Source: Chloroflexota bacterium (GTDB taxonomy: Bacteria; Chloroflexota; Anaerolineae; Aggregatilineales; J027). From it: a stretch of 64,000 nucleotides of DNA. A program made the position numbers and the translations under genes. The notes beneath the pieces were generated by a model that saw nothing but the letters and a program-made list of their open reading frames with translations, had not been told where the DNA came from and made no database searches. The stretch spans positions 202,211 to 266,210 of the forward strand of contig QMIT01000006.1 in assembly GCA_024434115.1 (NCBI GenBank), written 5' to 3'. Numbering within the stretch: position 1 is the first letter of the stretch; each line of letters starts with the position of its first letter. Positions 46,554 to 57,271 of this stretch are shown here, piece by piece.

Positions 46554-47498
46554 ATGAAGAAACCACTCGACTTTTCTGATATAAAAGCCGCCCGCCAGCG
46601 CATTCAGCCCTATCTCTATCCGACCCCGCTAGAACGAGCCGCCGATTACGAAACGCCGATCTATTGCAAACTAGAAAACCTCAACCCTACCCGATCCTTC
46701 AAAATTCGTGGGGCGCTCAACGCTGTACTGCTGAATCAAGAACAAGCCCTCCAGCGTGGCATCATCACCGCCTCGGCGGGCAATCATGGGCAAGGGGTGG
46801 CCTATGGCGCAGCAATGGTCGGCGCAGATGCCATCATCGTCATGCCCAAACAAGCTCCTCGCCGCAAAGTGGATGGAGTCGAACGATCTGGCGCAACCGC
46901 CCTGCTGCATGGTGACACCTACGATGAAGCCGAGCAGCACGCCCGTGAATTGGAGCGTGAAACCGGACGGTTGTTTATATCCCCCTACAACGATTTCGAC
47001 GTGATGGCGGGGCAGGGCACCATCGCCCTCGAAATTTTTGAGCAACGCCCTTCCATTCAGCGCATATTAGTCCCTGTCAGCGGCGGGGGGCTATTAGGGG
47101 GGATTGCCCTCGCCGCCAAGACCATCCGCCCTGATGTCGAGGTCATTGGGGTGCAATCCATTGCCACACCTGCTATGTACAATTTTTTCTACCGCCTCGA
47201 ACTGCCCGAAGAAGAAACGGTTGCCGATGCACTGTCTGGGGGTATCGAAGAAAACTCGGTAACGCTACCCATTTGTCAGCAATACGTAGATAAAATTGTA
47301 CTCGTTGAAGAAGCTGCAATTGAAGAAGCCATTCGCTGGATGTTTTACAAACACGGTTGGGTAATTGAGGGTGCGGCGGCGGTTGGCTTGGCGGCCCTTG
47401 CCCAAAAGCATGTCGAAATTGAGGATGGCAAAGAAACCGCCGTCATCATTTCTGGCGGCAACATTGATGCCGATAAATTTTTGGGCTTGATGACGTAA
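46554..47498 (+). CDS. PLP-dependent threonine/serine dehydratase (threonine ammonia-lyase-like, no ACT domain)
   Basis: PLP-lysine motif (PTRSFKIRGA), GNHGQG, and the Gly-rich phosphate loop (VSGGGLLGG). ATG 46554 preferred over track 46536. Confidence 0.8.
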   Translation: MKKPLDFSDIKAARQRIQPYLYPTPLERAADYETPIYCKLENLNPTRSFKIRGALNAVLLNQEQALQRGIITASAGNHGQGVAYGAAMVGADAIIVMPKQAPRRKVDGVERSGATALLHGDTYDEAEQHARELERETGRLFISPYNDFDVMAGQGTIALEIFEQRPSIQRILVPVSGGGLLGGIALAAKTIRPDVEVIGVQSIATPAMYNFFYRLELPEEETVADALSGGIEENSVTLPICQQYVDKIVLVEEAAIEEAIRWMFYKHGWVIEGAAAVGLAALAQKHVEIEDGKETAVIISGGNIDADKFLGLMT

Positions 47499-47570
47499 AA
47501 CAATTGCCCTCCTGCCCCGAAAGTGTTACGCTGATACAGTTGTGAGTTTTGAAGTTAGTTGGAGCTACGA

Positions 47571-48125
47571 ATGATTGAAAGTCTTGGAACATTGTTGACG
47601 CCCATTATCAATTTGCGCCCCATCCGGCGTGTACGGCGTAATCACGGTTTGGAACATGCGACGATTCATCTGCTGAGTCGTAAAATTCAAAATTTGAGTA
47701 TGGCGGGTCGCTCCGTCGTAGATGGCTTTTTCCTCTATGGCAATGCCGATACTGAACAAGTTGAATCGGCAGTCAACGAGGCCCTCAAGCGGATGCAAGG
47801 CGGAGAGCACCATCTTGCCGTCCACCCCAACTGTGGCACGGGTTTGGTCACAGCGGGTTTTTTGACCAGCATGGCAACCCTTGTCGGCACAGCCGGGGTT
47901 GGGGAACAATGGCAGCAAAAACTTAGCCGCCTCCCTAGCCTCATTCTGCTTTCTATCATGGCGATTATCATTGCCCAACCCACCGGGTTATCGTTGCAGC
48001 GCTATATCACCACTTTGGGCGATCCGGGTGATCTGGAAATTGTGGAAATCGTCCGGCGCGAAGTCAAAGTACCGTTTTCAAGTGACACTTTGACCGTGCA
48101 TCGCGTTTGGACACGACGTGGCTAG
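47571..48125 (+). CDS. Conserved hypothetical membrane-associated protein
   Basis: RRNHGLEHATIHLL and HPNCGTG motifs, then hydrophobic segments. I do not recognise the family with confidence. Confidence 0.55.
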   Translation: MIESLGTLLTPIINLRPIRRVRRNHGLEHATIHLLSRKIQNLSMAGRSVVDGFFLYGNADTEQVESAVNEALKRMQGGEHHLAVHPNCGTGLVTAGFLTSMATLVGTAGVGEQWQQKLSRLPSLILLSIMAIIIAQPTGLSLQRYITTLGDPGDLEIVEIVRREVKVPFSSDTLTVHRVWTRRG

Positions 48126-48211
48126 ATTGCACGTAATGTAAATCTACCGATAATAGAAAGTGTGATTCTATCAATTCGGTCATAAAAGCATGAAACTTGG
48201 AGGTGGGGAAA

Positions 48212-48895
48212 ATGCACTTCATGGATGCCCTTCAATACCCAATGCAAGATAAAGGTTGGTTGGGCAAATTGGCGATACTGGTCGTATTGTTGTTTATCCC
48301 AATTTTTGGTTGGTTCGTCATTGGGGGTTATGAACTACGTCTAATCCAGCGAATTTATCGGCGCGAACCCGGTCTACCCGAATGGGATGATTGGGGTGGC
48401 GATTTGAGTCGCGGGTTTATGGCGTTTGTGGGTGGCCTGATCTATTCCATTCCAAACATCATTATTGCTTGCTGCAATGCGGGTCTTGGTCAAAGCGATA
48501 GTGGTGGGGCAGCCGCTCTATCCTGTCTATTGAATTTCGTCAGTTTAGGCTATTCGCTGCTGATTACCCCACTAGTCTTCTCTGCCATCGCGCACTACGC
48601 CGCGACCGAAGATTTCAGCGCCTTTACCAATATTTCGGCCCGTATCCAAGATGCGACGAGCAATCTGAACAACACGCTCATGCTGTATGTTGATCTAATC
48701 ATCTTCTACATTATCGCGTGGATCATCATTGCTATCGGCATTCTCTTGTGCTGCATACCGGGATTGTTGGCAATTGCCGCTTCAAGTCTCGCCGTCTATT
48801 ACATCATCGCCCAATGGGGTATTCAAATTGGGGCGGCGGGGGGCGCTGGCCCACAATACATGGGACCACCCCCACAACAAGGCTTCTCTTTCTAG
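48212..48895 (+). CDS. DUF4013-like integral membrane protein
   Basis: N-terminus (MDALQYPMQDKGWLGKLAILVVLLFIPIFGWFVIGGYELRLI) resembles DUF4013 as I recall it. Multiple TM segments. GGAGG SD 8 nt upstream of ATG 48212. Confidence 0.6.
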   Translation: MHFMDALQYPMQDKGWLGKLAILVVLLFIPIFGWFVIGGYELRLIQRIYRREPGLPEWDDWGGDLSRGFMAFVGGLIYSIPNIIIACCNAGLGQSDSGGAAALSCLLNFVSLGYSLLITPLVFSAIAHYAATEDFSAFTNISARIQDATSNLNNTLMLYVDLIIFYIIAWIIIAIGILLCCIPGLLAIAASSLAVYYIIAQWGIQIGAAGGAGPQYMGPPPQQGFSF

Positions 48896-48958
48896 GTTGT
48901 CTAGTTGTTAAGGTCTTCGTCCATCTCTTGCTACATGTATGGCAGGGGATGGACGATT

Positions 48959-50920
48959 TTATTGGTTCTCAATCACTAACGATTGCGCCAGATAACGCCC
49001 TTCCGCATCCAACAATTCGCTATTTTGATAGCTCCCATCCGCCAAAAACCGATACATGCCGATGCTTAATTTTTGCGCCCCATCCAAATTCAATTGGGCA
49101 TGTACCAACACTTTATCGCCCGCTTGCCAATAGCCACCGGGCCAAAATGCTAAATCGGTCTGGGATAATTTTTGGTCATCGGCATCCAAGCCATGTACAA
49201 ACGTGATATATTGCATTCCGACTTGGGCATCCGGCACGCGCCACACCAACCATAATTCATCCGCATTATGACCATCGTGCCAGATGGATTCCAACACGAC
49301 CCCATTGGCAAAATGGGCGTCCAACGCCGTTCGTGTCCCTGCCACACTCGCTAACGGGTTTTGCCAAATTTGATACACCCCTTCACCCGGGCGCAGCGCC
49401 ACTGTTTTATAGGGTTGCACTTCAGGGGTAATCGGCATCAAATCGCTGTCAATCTTCGGGGATACCAAGAGGAGGGTTGGTTCAGCAGGCACGACCCATA
49501 AATGATCGGGATTTACAAAACGAACCTCCCCCGCCCCATCCAGCAGCACATCCCACACCGCCGGCTCATGGTCATACAACACCGAATCGCCGTCGCTGGC
49601 GACCAGCACCCCATCCGCGTCGGCATCCAAAATCGTCTGGCGCACGTCCAACAAATACCCCAGCGGTGTACCAAACGCCCCTGTCGTGTCATGTGTATTG
49701 AGAAAATTAAACAGCCCCAACGTGAGCCAAATCTGCAAAGCTCCAATCACGCCGAGAGCCACCCAAGTAATTCGATAGGCGCGAATCTTTTTTAATTGGG
49801 CAACCCCCGCCCCCATCACAATAAACGCGGCGGGCATCATCGGGATAAAATAATGCGGTTGCACGGCTGTCCACGTATAGATATAGGCCGCCACCGGAAC
49901 AATCAACCAGACCAACAATACCAGCAAAATCGGGCGTTGGGCCGATTCGCGCCATGCCAGCACCATCAATCCAAGCGCCGCCAGCACCGCCCCCATCGGC
50001 ACCAGATTAAACACCCCATAGGCAGGCGGCATAGCATCCAAATACCGTTGAAATTGATTCGCCCCCGCCAGCGAATGGATATTTTTACCTGCGACGGTGA
50101 ACCACGCATAATCAAGCGCCGTACTGTGGATTGCTCGCGGATTTTCAACAATCGAAATCGGGTCGCCACTGTCGCTAGGGCTACTACTGCGTTCAAGGCT
50201 CTCCTGTATTTTGCTGATACTCAATAAATCATCTTGATACAGGCCATAGGCAAATGGCACACATAGCAGTACCGCCCCCACCAACCCGAACCAAAATTCG
50301 CGCCGGATTCTGCGCCACCCCAAACCGGCCATCACCAGCGAAATTGGGGCTAAAACAACCGCCGCGAAATGGATTTGAGCCGTGATTACCAACAGCGGTA
50401 AATGCCAAAATTGCGCCCATACCCGTTGCTTGGCTTTGACTTCAACCAACCCCACCAGACCCGTCAGCAGCGTAACAATTACAAAGGGTGGCAGCATATC
50501 CTGTGCCCAAATTTTGCGCGAATAAATCACCGCCCAAGGACTGACGGCATACAAAAAACCTGCCACCAGTGCCGCCTCTGCCCCAAAATAGCGCCGGGCC
50601 ACCCGCCACGTCAGCGCCACTGCCAGCACATTGAGAAATCCGACAAACAGGGTCGCCAAAATCGGGTTGTTACCAGCGGCATAGGGGATAGCCAACAGAT
50701 AAACATTCATCGGCGAATTAGGGAAACCCACCGACGACCCGATTCCTAAAACGGGAAAATCCTTGCCCTGTGCTAAATTGAGCGCCAAACGCGATAGGGT
50801 GGCTTCATCGCGCTTAAATTCGGTGATGCCGGGAGCATGAAGACGCAAAAACGCCGCCAGCAAAAGGATGCCAACGGCGGTAATCCATTCCCAACGGCGC
50901 AGGGGGGAGTAATTTACCAA
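48959..50920 (-). CDS. Glycosyltransferase family 39 (ArnT/PMT-like, GT-C fold) membrane protein
   Basis: First loop carries the FKRDEA-type acidic motif. ~12 TM helices are followed by a ~230-aa soluble C-terminal domain. TTG start. Confidence 0.7.
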   Translation of the reverse strand: MVNYSPLRRWEWITAVGILLLAAFLRLHAPGITEFKRDEATLSRLALNLAQGKDFPVLGIGSSVGFPNSPMNVYLLAIPYAAGNNPILATLFVGFLNVLAVALTWRVARRYFGAEAALVAGFLYAVSPWAVIYSRKIWAQDMLPPFVIVTLLTGLVGLVEVKAKQRVWAQFWHLPLLVITAQIHFAAVVLAPISLVMAGLGWRRIRREFWFGLVGAVLLCVPFAYGLYQDDLLSISKIQESLERSSSPSDSGDPISIVENPRAIHSTALDYAWFTVAGKNIHSLAGANQFQRYLDAMPPAYGVFNLVPMGAVLAALGLMVLAWRESAQRPILLVLLVWLIVPVAAYIYTWTAVQPHYFIPMMPAAFIVMGAGVAQLKKIRAYRITWVALGVIGALQIWLTLGLFNFLNTHDTTGAFGTPLGYLLDVRQTILDADADGVLVASDGDSVLYDHEPAVWDVLLDGAGEVRFVNPDHLWVVPAEPTLLLVSPKIDSDLMPITPEVQPYKTVALRPGEGVYQIWQNPLASVAGTRTALDAHFANGVVLESIWHDGHNADELWLVWRVPDAQVGMQYITFVHGLDADDQKLSQTDLAFWPGGYWQAGDKVLVHAQLNLDGAQKLSIGMYRFLADGSYQNSELLDAEGRYLAQSLVIENQ

Positions 50921-50946
50921 ACGATTTCCCGCTTGTTATTTATATG

Positions 50947-52728
50947 CTATTCATGATGTTCGTCATCAGCTTCCGCGAAGACCTGCCACGCCCCATGCAG
51001 CCCTTCAACTGTGACACCATAATAGATGCGCGTTTGCCCATTTTGGCGCTGGGCCAAATCGTAACGAATTTCGTTGCCGCGTTCATAGCGTTTAATCAGG
51101 CCAATATCACCAATCCAATGTACCGCACGCGGGTCAAAGGTCTGGTTTTCGTGTTCGGTAATGGCATAGTGCCACAAACGGCGGGCCGAAGCGCGGGTCA
51201 CATTCCGCACCACACTGCCATTTCGTAGATCGTGCATGGTGTGATAGAACTTGCCATTGCGCTCCTCGGTGCTGGCAATTTCAACCCCTGTCAGCGGGGG
51301 TGTCGCCCCACCCTCCGGTACTTCCACTACCGTAAACTCCCCGGTCTCATGGGCCGTCACTTGAGGCAATATGATCGTTTCTTTGGAGGGAGGCAAAATC
51401 GGCATCGCAGGCACAGGCATATTCGACAGCATGGCTCGCTGTACCAATTGAACAATCTCATCCCGCACCGCTAACGACGTTTCGGTTTCATCCCGCACAT
51501 AAATCTTGTTTTCGTCAATCGCATACGGCACATCTGGGCCACGTGGCACCCGGATACGGACAATCGGGATGCCCTGACTTTCTTGCGCATCTATTTCGAC
51601 TTCCAGCTTGGGTGTGATCTTGCTGTCAATCTCGTCGTAGAGATGGTCAATTTCTTGGGCGATTTTTTCAACCCCGATGGGTTTCTTTTTGGGGTTTTCA
51701 TTGCACCCGATGTATATCGTGCCGCCGTTGGTATTCGCCATCGCGCACACATCCGCCACAATGTTATACAAATAGCCGTTGCGCTTCGCCATAAATTCAT
51801 GGAACGACTGCACAATGCTGGGGCCTTCTTCACGCGCCGCCTGAATATGGTCATACGGGTCACGAGTGCTGCGATAGGGCCGGGTGCTGGCAAAATCCGT
51901 GCTTTGGAACACCTGCACCAATGCGGCAAAACTGCGCTCCGTCAGGGCGATTTCCGTGATGCGATCCCCAATCCCCAAATTTTTGCCCATACTGCGCGGG
52001 TCGGCATTCAGGCGGTGAGCATCTGATCCCTGAATACAGCGCATTCGGCGCGGATATTCCGGCTTCGACCCATCAAAAAAACGCGCCGTCGTCATACGGG
52101 TTCGTTTTTCAAGGTCGGTGACTTCCAGCGCGTGTAGATAGGGGTCTTGGGTATAGGCGATTTTGGTTTGCCCACCAAAATCAAAGCCGCGCATGGCGAC
52201 CCCATTGGTCGAATTGACATGCGCCGCGATGACAATGCCACCCCCCTCATTAATCAAGCGATAGGCGGTCAGCACATCCGACGATGCCCCTGTCGCAGGG
52301 TTGCCTTCATCCATCGCATCCGGTGGAACGCGCAAACTCAACAAAATATGTTCCAGTTTTCGAATAGGGGTCTTGGGCGAAAACACGCCGATGATATGGA
52401 AGCCAAAGGTCGCCGTAAATTCAAAACCGGGCAGGACAAGCATCTTGTCCAGCAGACGGTGATATTCATTCAGACGACGTACCTCATCGGGTTCAACTCG
52501 CCCTAACCGCTCCAAAAATTCGAGTTGTTCAATCTCCTGCATCATCTCGGCATAACCCCGCACCGTGTTATGGTCGGTGAAGGCGATGATGTCGAGGCCG
52601 CGTAGTTCGGCTTTGCGCAATATATCCAGATAGGTAACATTCGGCTCTTGGTAATCTACCGAGCCGGGGGTATGCAGATGTAAATCCATCCGATACCACT
52701 TGGTTTGTTTCGATCTTCCTGATGACAC
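50947..52728 (-). CDS. PHP-domain phosphoesterase fused to an AlbA_2 (Schlafen-type) putative nucleic-acid-binding domain and an unknown C-terminal domain
   Basis: PHP motifs (MDLHLHTPGS, IIAFTDHNT, AAHVNS, GSDAH). AlbA_2-like core (ADVCAMANTNGGTIYIGC...IPIVRIRVPRG). Last ~150 aa unassigned. Confidence 0.65.
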   Translation of the reverse strand: MSSGRSKQTKWYRMDLHLHTPGSVDYQEPNVTYLDILRKAELRGLDIIAFTDHNTVRGYAEMMQEIEQLEFLERLGRVEPDEVRRLNEYHRLLDKMLVLPGFEFTATFGFHIIGVFSPKTPIRKLEHILLSLRVPPDAMDEGNPATGASSDVLTAYRLINEGGGIVIAAHVNSTNGVAMRGFDFGGQTKIAYTQDPYLHALEVTDLEKRTRMTTARFFDGSKPEYPRRMRCIQGSDAHRLNADPRSMGKNLGIGDRITEIALTERSFAALVQVFQSTDFASTRPYRSTRDPYDHIQAAREEGPSIVQSFHEFMAKRNGYLYNIVADVCAMANTNGGTIYIGCNENPKKKPIGVEKIAQEIDHLYDEIDSKITPKLEVEIDAQESQGIPIVRIRVPRGPDVPYAIDENKIYVRDETETSLAVRDEIVQLVQRAMLSNMPVPAMPILPPSKETIILPQVTAHETGEFTVVEVPEGGATPPLTGVEIASTEERNGKFYHTMHDLRNGSVVRNVTRASARRLWHYAITEHENQTFDPRAVHWIGDIGLIKRYERGNEIRYDLAQRQNGQTRIYYGVTVEGLHGAWQVFAEADDEHHE

Positions 52729-52817
52729 TACATTCTCTCCGCATCAATAATCTCAGATAGGCCACGCAGACACTGGTCGAGACGCTGCGAGGCCTTAAAA
52801 CTCATTGGCGGAAAGCA

Positions 52818-53234
52818 TTACCCAATCAATTTATTGAAATGAACGGCAAGTTGATCCGGTTCAAACGGTTTCACCAAAAATAGGTTGGCCCCCGCTTCTT
52901 TGGCCTCGCGCTCAACATCCCGCCCAGAGGCCATCACCACCGGCGTTGTCAAGAAATCTTTGGAGGCCCTTAGCTGGCGCACAAATTCTACCCCGGCAAT
53001 ATCCGCGAGGTAGTAATCTACTAGAAACACGTCCGGGCGGAATTCTTGGGCTTTTTGAAAAGCATCTAATCCGCGTGGAACGACCATGACCTCAAAATCA
53101 TCCATCTCCAGCAATTGTTTTAGGAGCGATGTCGTCGTTCGGTCATCATCCACAATCATTACTTTGGGCAACGCTATCCTCTCGCTTTCCCCGGCTCCAA
53201 AAGCTCTAGGCGTATAAATCTGTGTGTTGGACAT
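52818..53234 (-). CDS. Stand-alone response regulator receiver (CheY-like)
   Basis: Canonical MIVDDD, FLVDYYL (acceptor Asp), VVMASG, LVKPF. ATG 53234 chosen; it overlaps the lon 3' end by 29 nt. Confidence 0.8.
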   Translation of the reverse strand: MSNTQIYTPRAFGAGESERIALPKVMIVDDDRTTTSLLKQLLEMDDFEVMVVPRGLDAFQKAQEFRPDVFLVDYYLADIAGVEFVRQLRASKDFLTTPVVMASGRDVEREAKEAGANLFLVKPFEPDQLAVHFNKLIG

Positions 53235-55797
53235 ACTGGCGATGCGATTCCGCCTCAGTGCCAATTGGCTCAAGAGCCGCATGGAGCGCCTCATCCACTG
53301 TCTTTGCCAACACAAACTTCATGGCACTTCGCACTTCATCCGGCAGTTTTTCTAATTCAGGCTTATTCCGGGCCGGAAGAATCACCGTATCTAAGCCAAG
53401 TCGGTGCGCTGCCAAGACTTTATCTTTGATGCCTCCAACGGGCAACACCAAACCATGCAAGGTAATTTCACCTGTCATTGCCACATTGCTGCGCGTCAAT
53501 CGGCCTGTCGCCAGTGATGCCAGCGCTGCGGTAATGGCTACCCCGGCGGATGGGCCATCTTTGGGTTGCGCCCCGGCGGGTACGTGCAGGTGGATGTCAT
53601 GCCCATCGAAATAATTGGGTTTGACCCCCAATTCTTCGGCCCGTGAGCGCAGATAGCTAAACGCCGCCCGCGCACTTTCCTGCATAACCTCGCCCAAATG
53701 CCCGGTAAGTTGGAATCCACTGCGCCCCGGCATCTCGGTAGCCTCAATAAACAGCACATCACCCCCAACGGATGTGACGGCCAAGCCAGTCGCCACCCCC
53801 GGACGTTTGACACGCTGCTCAATCTCGGTACGATAGCCAAAGGGCGGATGACCCAATAACTCATGGACTTTTTCGCGTGTCACCACTACCCGTTTCTCTT
53901 TACCCTCGGCGATGCGTGTCACCACCTTACGGGCCGCCTTGCCGATTTGCCGCTCCAAATTACGTACCCCGGCTTCACGGGTATAGTCCTGAATAATCTC
54001 GACAATCGCTTCGTCATTAAAGCTGATTTCTTCAGGGAACAGGCCGTTTTCTTGAATCTGGCGCGGCACCAAATATTGCTTGGCGATTTGCACCTTCTCA
54101 CGCTCAGTATAGCCGCTGAGTTCAATAATCTCCATACGGTCAAGCAGGGGTGGTGGAATCGTATCAAGTTCGTTGGCAGTTGTGACGAAAATCGTTTCAG
54201 ACAAATCGAACGCCACATCCAAATAGTGGTCACGGAATTCGTTGTTCTGCTCAGGGTCAAGCACTTCGAGCAGTGCCGCCGCCGGGTCGCCCCGGAAATC
54301 GTGACCGAGTTTGTCAATCTCATCCAGCATCATAATCGGGTTGCGCGTTTCGGCTCGACGCAGGGTTTGAATAATGCGCCCCGGCATCGCTCCCACATAG
54401 GTACGGCGGAAACCACGAATTTCGGCTTCATCCCGAACCCCACCCAGACTCATGCGGACAAATTTACGCCCCATAGCACGTGCAATCGAAGCCCCCAGCG
54501 AAGTTTTACCTACACCGGGTGGGCCAATAAAGCATAAAATCGCGCCCTCACGCCGCCGCCGGATTTTGTCATCCCCAGTCAGTTTGGCAAGTTGATCGGC
54601 CCGTTCCAAGCGGATTTTACGCACGGCCAGATATTCCAAAATGCGCTCTTTGATGTCTTCGAGGTCATAATGATCCTCATCCAAGATCGTGCGGGCATGG
54701 GCAATATCGAGATTATCGGCGGTACGCTTGTCCCACGGCAGATTCACCAGCCAATCCAGATAGGTGCGAATCACCCCATATTCAGCGGCAGCAGTGGGCA
54801 ATTTCGCCAGACGGTCTAGTTCTCGGCGGGCCTCACGTTCGGCCTCTTCCGACATATGAATTTCAGCAATTTTCTGGCGAAACTCTTCAATTTCAAGCGT
54901 CTGCTCGTCGCCTTCACCCAATTCACGCTGGATGGCCTTGAGTTGTTCGCGCAGGAAATATTCGCGCTGCACCTTTTCCATCTCGGATTGAGCTTCGGTT
55001 TGAATCTTGTGACCGAGTTCAAGGACTTCCAGTTCCTTGCTCATAATCTGCATGAGACTGTGCAGTTTTTCGATTACGCTGTCCAGTTCCAACAATTTCT
55101 GCTGGTCTTCGAGGTCAATGCGAATGTAGGTCGCCACTGTATATACCAGTTGCAGTGGGTCATCCAAATTCAGCGCCGATGAAATCAGTTCGCCGGGGAT
55201 GCTGGGCACAAGATCAGCCAAGCGACCAAACTGCTCAACGATATTACGCATCAGGGCTTCAACTTCGATGGTTTCTTCCAGCGATTCGGGGGCAAGATCA
55301 ACTTTGGCCTTAAGATAGGGTTCTTGCGTGGTGTATTCTTCAATCCGAATCCGCGACAAACCCTGCACCAGCAGTCGAATTGTGCCGTCGGGTGCCCGGA
55401 ACAACCGATGAATTTGGGCCAGTGTGCCAATCTTATAAATTTCATCCGGCCCCGGCGTCTCTTGCATCGGGTCTTTGGCGGCAAACAGTCCAATAATCCG
55501 ACCTGTTGTGGCAACTTCATCCACTAAGCGAATCGAACGTGGCTGCCCAACCGTTAGGGGAATCGCCGTCTGCGGAAAGACCACAATACCCCGTAAGGGC
55601 AAAATGGGTAGCTCGCTAGGAATAGGGGGAATTTCATTATCTTCGTCAGAGGGTTCGCCGTTGTCTTCTGGGGTTGTAACACTAATCTGACGTTTGGTCT
55701 CTTCAGACTTACCCGACTTGCCTGCAAACCATGCGGCGAGTGGCGAGCCTGTTAGCTCAATTTCAACAAGGCCATCATGCCAAGTCATATTATCCAT
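53206..55797 (-). CDS. lon: ATP-dependent Lon protease (LonA type)
   Basis: LON N-domain, AAA+ Walker [10 protein letters not shown] and Walker B MMLDEIDK, protease Ser motif ([10 protein letters not shown]) with the downstream Lys. ~60-aa acidic N-terminal extension. Confidence 0.95.
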   Translation of the reverse strand: MDNMTWHDGLVEIELTGSPLAAWFAGKSGKSEETKRQISVTTPEDNGEPSDEDNEIPPIPSELPILPLRGIVVFPQTAIPLTVGQPRSIRLVDEVATTGRIIGLFAAKDPMQETPGPDEIYKIGTLAQIHRLFRAPDGTIRLLVQGLSRIRIEEYTTQEPYLKAKVDLAPESLEETIEVEALMRNIVEQFGRLADLVPSIPGELISSALNLDDPLQLVYTVATYIRIDLEDQQKLLELDSVIEKLHSLMQIMSKELEVLELGHKIQTEAQSEMEKVQREYFLREQLKAIQRELGEGDEQTLEIEEFRQKIAEIHMSEEAEREARRELDRLAKLPTAAAEYGVIRTYLDWLVNLPWDKRTADNLDIAHARTILDEDHYDLEDIKERILEYLAVRKIRLERADQLAKLTGDDKIRRRREGAILCFIGPPGVGKTSLGASIARAMGRKFVRMSLGGVRDEAEIRGFRRTYVGAMPGRIIQTLRRAETRNPIMMLDEIDKLGHDFRGDPAAALLEVLDPEQNNEFRDHYLDVAFDLSETIFVTTANELDTIPPPLLDRMEIIELSGYTEREKVQIAKQYLVPRQIQENGLFPEEISFNDEAIVEIIQDYTREAGVRNLERQIGKAARKVVTRIAEGKEKRVVVTREKVHELLGHPPFGYRTEIEQRVKRPGVATGLAVTSVGGDVLFIEATEMPGRSGFQLTGHLGEVMQESARAAFSYLRSRAEELGVKPNYFDGHDIHLHVPAGAQPKDGPSAGVAITAALASLATGRLTRSNVAMTGEITLHGLVLPVGGIKDKVLAAHRLGLDTVILPARNKPELEKLPDEVRSAMKFVLAKTVDEALHAALEPIGTEAESHRQYVQHTDLYA

Positions 55798-55853
55798 AGA
55801 ATTTTTACTATCCTTGTGGTGCTTAACGCACGGTTGTTGTCATGCCAGACAAC

Positions 55854-56300
55854 TTATTCTTCGTCGGTTTCATCTATGCGGACATTGATGATGTGAATTT
55901 GACGATCTTGACGACGGGGAAGTTCTACCTGCAAAAAACCATCCCGATAATTCGCTTCAATCCGGCTGCGATCTACTGCCCAAGGCAGCATCAATTCAAC
56001 TCTAAACTCACCATGTCGAATTTCTAATTGGTGCAAGGACGGCTGCGGGTGTTCATAATCGCGTATCCGCACCCCACTGATAATCAAAAGCCGTTCATCA
56101 ATCGTAATATGAAATTCGCCATCCCGCATACCAGCGACTTCAACGCAGACAATCAAACGATCATCGGCTTCATACACATCGGTTGGGGGACGCCAAGCAG
56201 CAGGTTTGCCACCGCGCCGTTGTACCAAGCTGTGAGTATAAACAGCCTCTAACGTGGAAAGCAGTTTTGAAAACTCATCATCCGGTTGACCAAAAAACAT
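55854..56300 (-). CDS. Hsp20/alpha-crystallin family small heat-shock protein
   Basis: ACD core (WRPPTDVYEADDRLIVCVEVAGM...GEFRVELMLPWAVD...YRDGFLQVELP). ATG 56300 preferred over track start 56453. Confidence 0.88.
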   Translation of the reverse strand: MFFGQPDDEFSKLLSTLEAVYTHSLVQRRGGKPAAWRPPTDVYEADDRLIVCVEVAGMRDGEFHITIDERLLIISGVRIRDYEHPQPSLHQLEIRHGEFRVELMLPWAVDRSRIEANYRDGFLQVELPRRQDRQIHIINVRIDETDEE

Positions 56301-56339
56301 GCTTATCCCTACTTGACTTTGGTAAAAGGCATTAAACTC

Positions 56340-56368
56340 ATCATACCACACCGATATAGTGTACTCAA
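56340..56368 (-). promoter_or_regulatory. Putative sigma-70-type promoter for hsp20(-lon)
   Basis: Minus strand reads TTGAGT (56368-56363), 17-nt spacer, extended -10 TGgTATGAT (-10 hexamer at 56345-56340). This is ~35 nt upstream of the hsp20 ATG. Confidence 0.45.
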
Positions 56369-56467
56369 ATAAGAGTTGCACAAGAAAAAGTGCCTGCGCA
56401 CTCGGAATAAATTGCGGCGTTATAATAAAGAATAGATCATGTTGTAGCGCCATAGGAGAAGACTCCA

Positions 56468-56920
56468 GTGACCAATCAATTACAGCTATATAAAGCAGTC
56501 GAATTGTTTAATGGCCTAACCAATGAACAAATCGAGGCACTCATTACCATTAGCCAAGAAGAGGTCTATCAGGAAGACCAAGTGATTTTTTCGCAGGATG
56601 ATGAAGGCGAAAAGATGTATATCATCCGAAGTGGGCAGGTCGAAATCAGCGTCCAAGCCAACCGACAGGCCCCCGCCGAAACCAAGATTTTTTTGGGGCA
56701 GGGTCAAATTTTTGGGGAAATCGCCCTCATTGACTATGGCACACGCTCGGCTACCGTGCGAGCGATGAACGACGAAACCATTGTAGACGCCATTCATCGG
56801 GACAGTTTTAATCAACTTTGTCAATCGAGCACCGCGATTGGGTTTGTGGTCATGCGCAATCTAGCCATTGACCTGTCCTACAAGCTGCGCCACCAGAATC
56901 TACGAAGCACGAAGCGCTAG
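56468..56920 (+). CDS. Cyclic-nucleotide-binding (CAP_ED) domain protein, stand-alone
   Basis: cNMP-binding beta-barrel motifs (LFNGL, GQIFGEIALIDYGTRSATVRA). 150 aa with no output domain. GTG start. Confidence 0.8.
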   Translation: MTNQLQLYKAVELFNGLTNEQIEALITISQEEVYQEDQVIFSQDDEGEKMYIIRSGQVEISVQANRQAPAETKIFLGQGQIFGEIALIDYGTRSATVRAMNDETIVDAIHRDSFNQLCQSSTAIGFVVMRNLAIDLSYKLRHQNLRSTKR

Positions 56921-56938
56921 GTACAAGGAGCGGATCAG

Positions 56939-57148
56939 ATGGTCTATAAAGTGAGTTATGTCGTTCTCGGCGGCGCACACCCCGGTGCAATTATCAACCA
57001 GTTTGAGCAACCGAAAGTGGGGGGGCACGTCAAAATTGGCAAAAACACCTTTGAAATTGTTGAAGTCAATGAACTCATGCCGGCACGCGGCGATTTTGCC
57101 TTTTTACATGCCACCGTCAAACAGGTCGGAAAATCGAAGAAAAAATAG
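56939..57148 (+). CDS. Small hypothetical protein (69 aa)
   Basis: ORF with a GGAGCGG SD-like sequence 18 nt after the previous stop. Lys-rich tail. No family recognised. Confidence 0.45.
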   Translation: MVYKVSYVVLGGAHPGAIINQFEQPKVGGHVKIGKNTFEIVEVNELMPARGDFAFLHATVKQVGKSKKK

Positions 57149-57271
57149 TACCGCGCTTCGGGGGATATAATTTTATACTATAACTCAACTATACCTCATG
57201 TACACAACAACCTATTATGTTAGAATAGAGTTAGAATTAAGCTAGTTTTTCACTTTGCCTCCAAAAAGGAC

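Noticed and set aside
48718-49206. 162-aa plus-strand ORF spanning the convergent gene junction
   Set aside because: It overlaps the 3' ends of the DUF4013-like gene (different frame) and of the GT39 gene (opposite strand). No SD or family signal.
56385-56410. Inverted repeat AGTGC-ctgc-GCACT upstream of hsp20, considered as a CIRCE/HrcA operator
   Set aside because: CIRCE is TTAGCACTC-N9-GAGTGCTAA. Here the arms are only 5 bp, the spacing is 4 nt and the flanks do not match. The evidence is insufficient.
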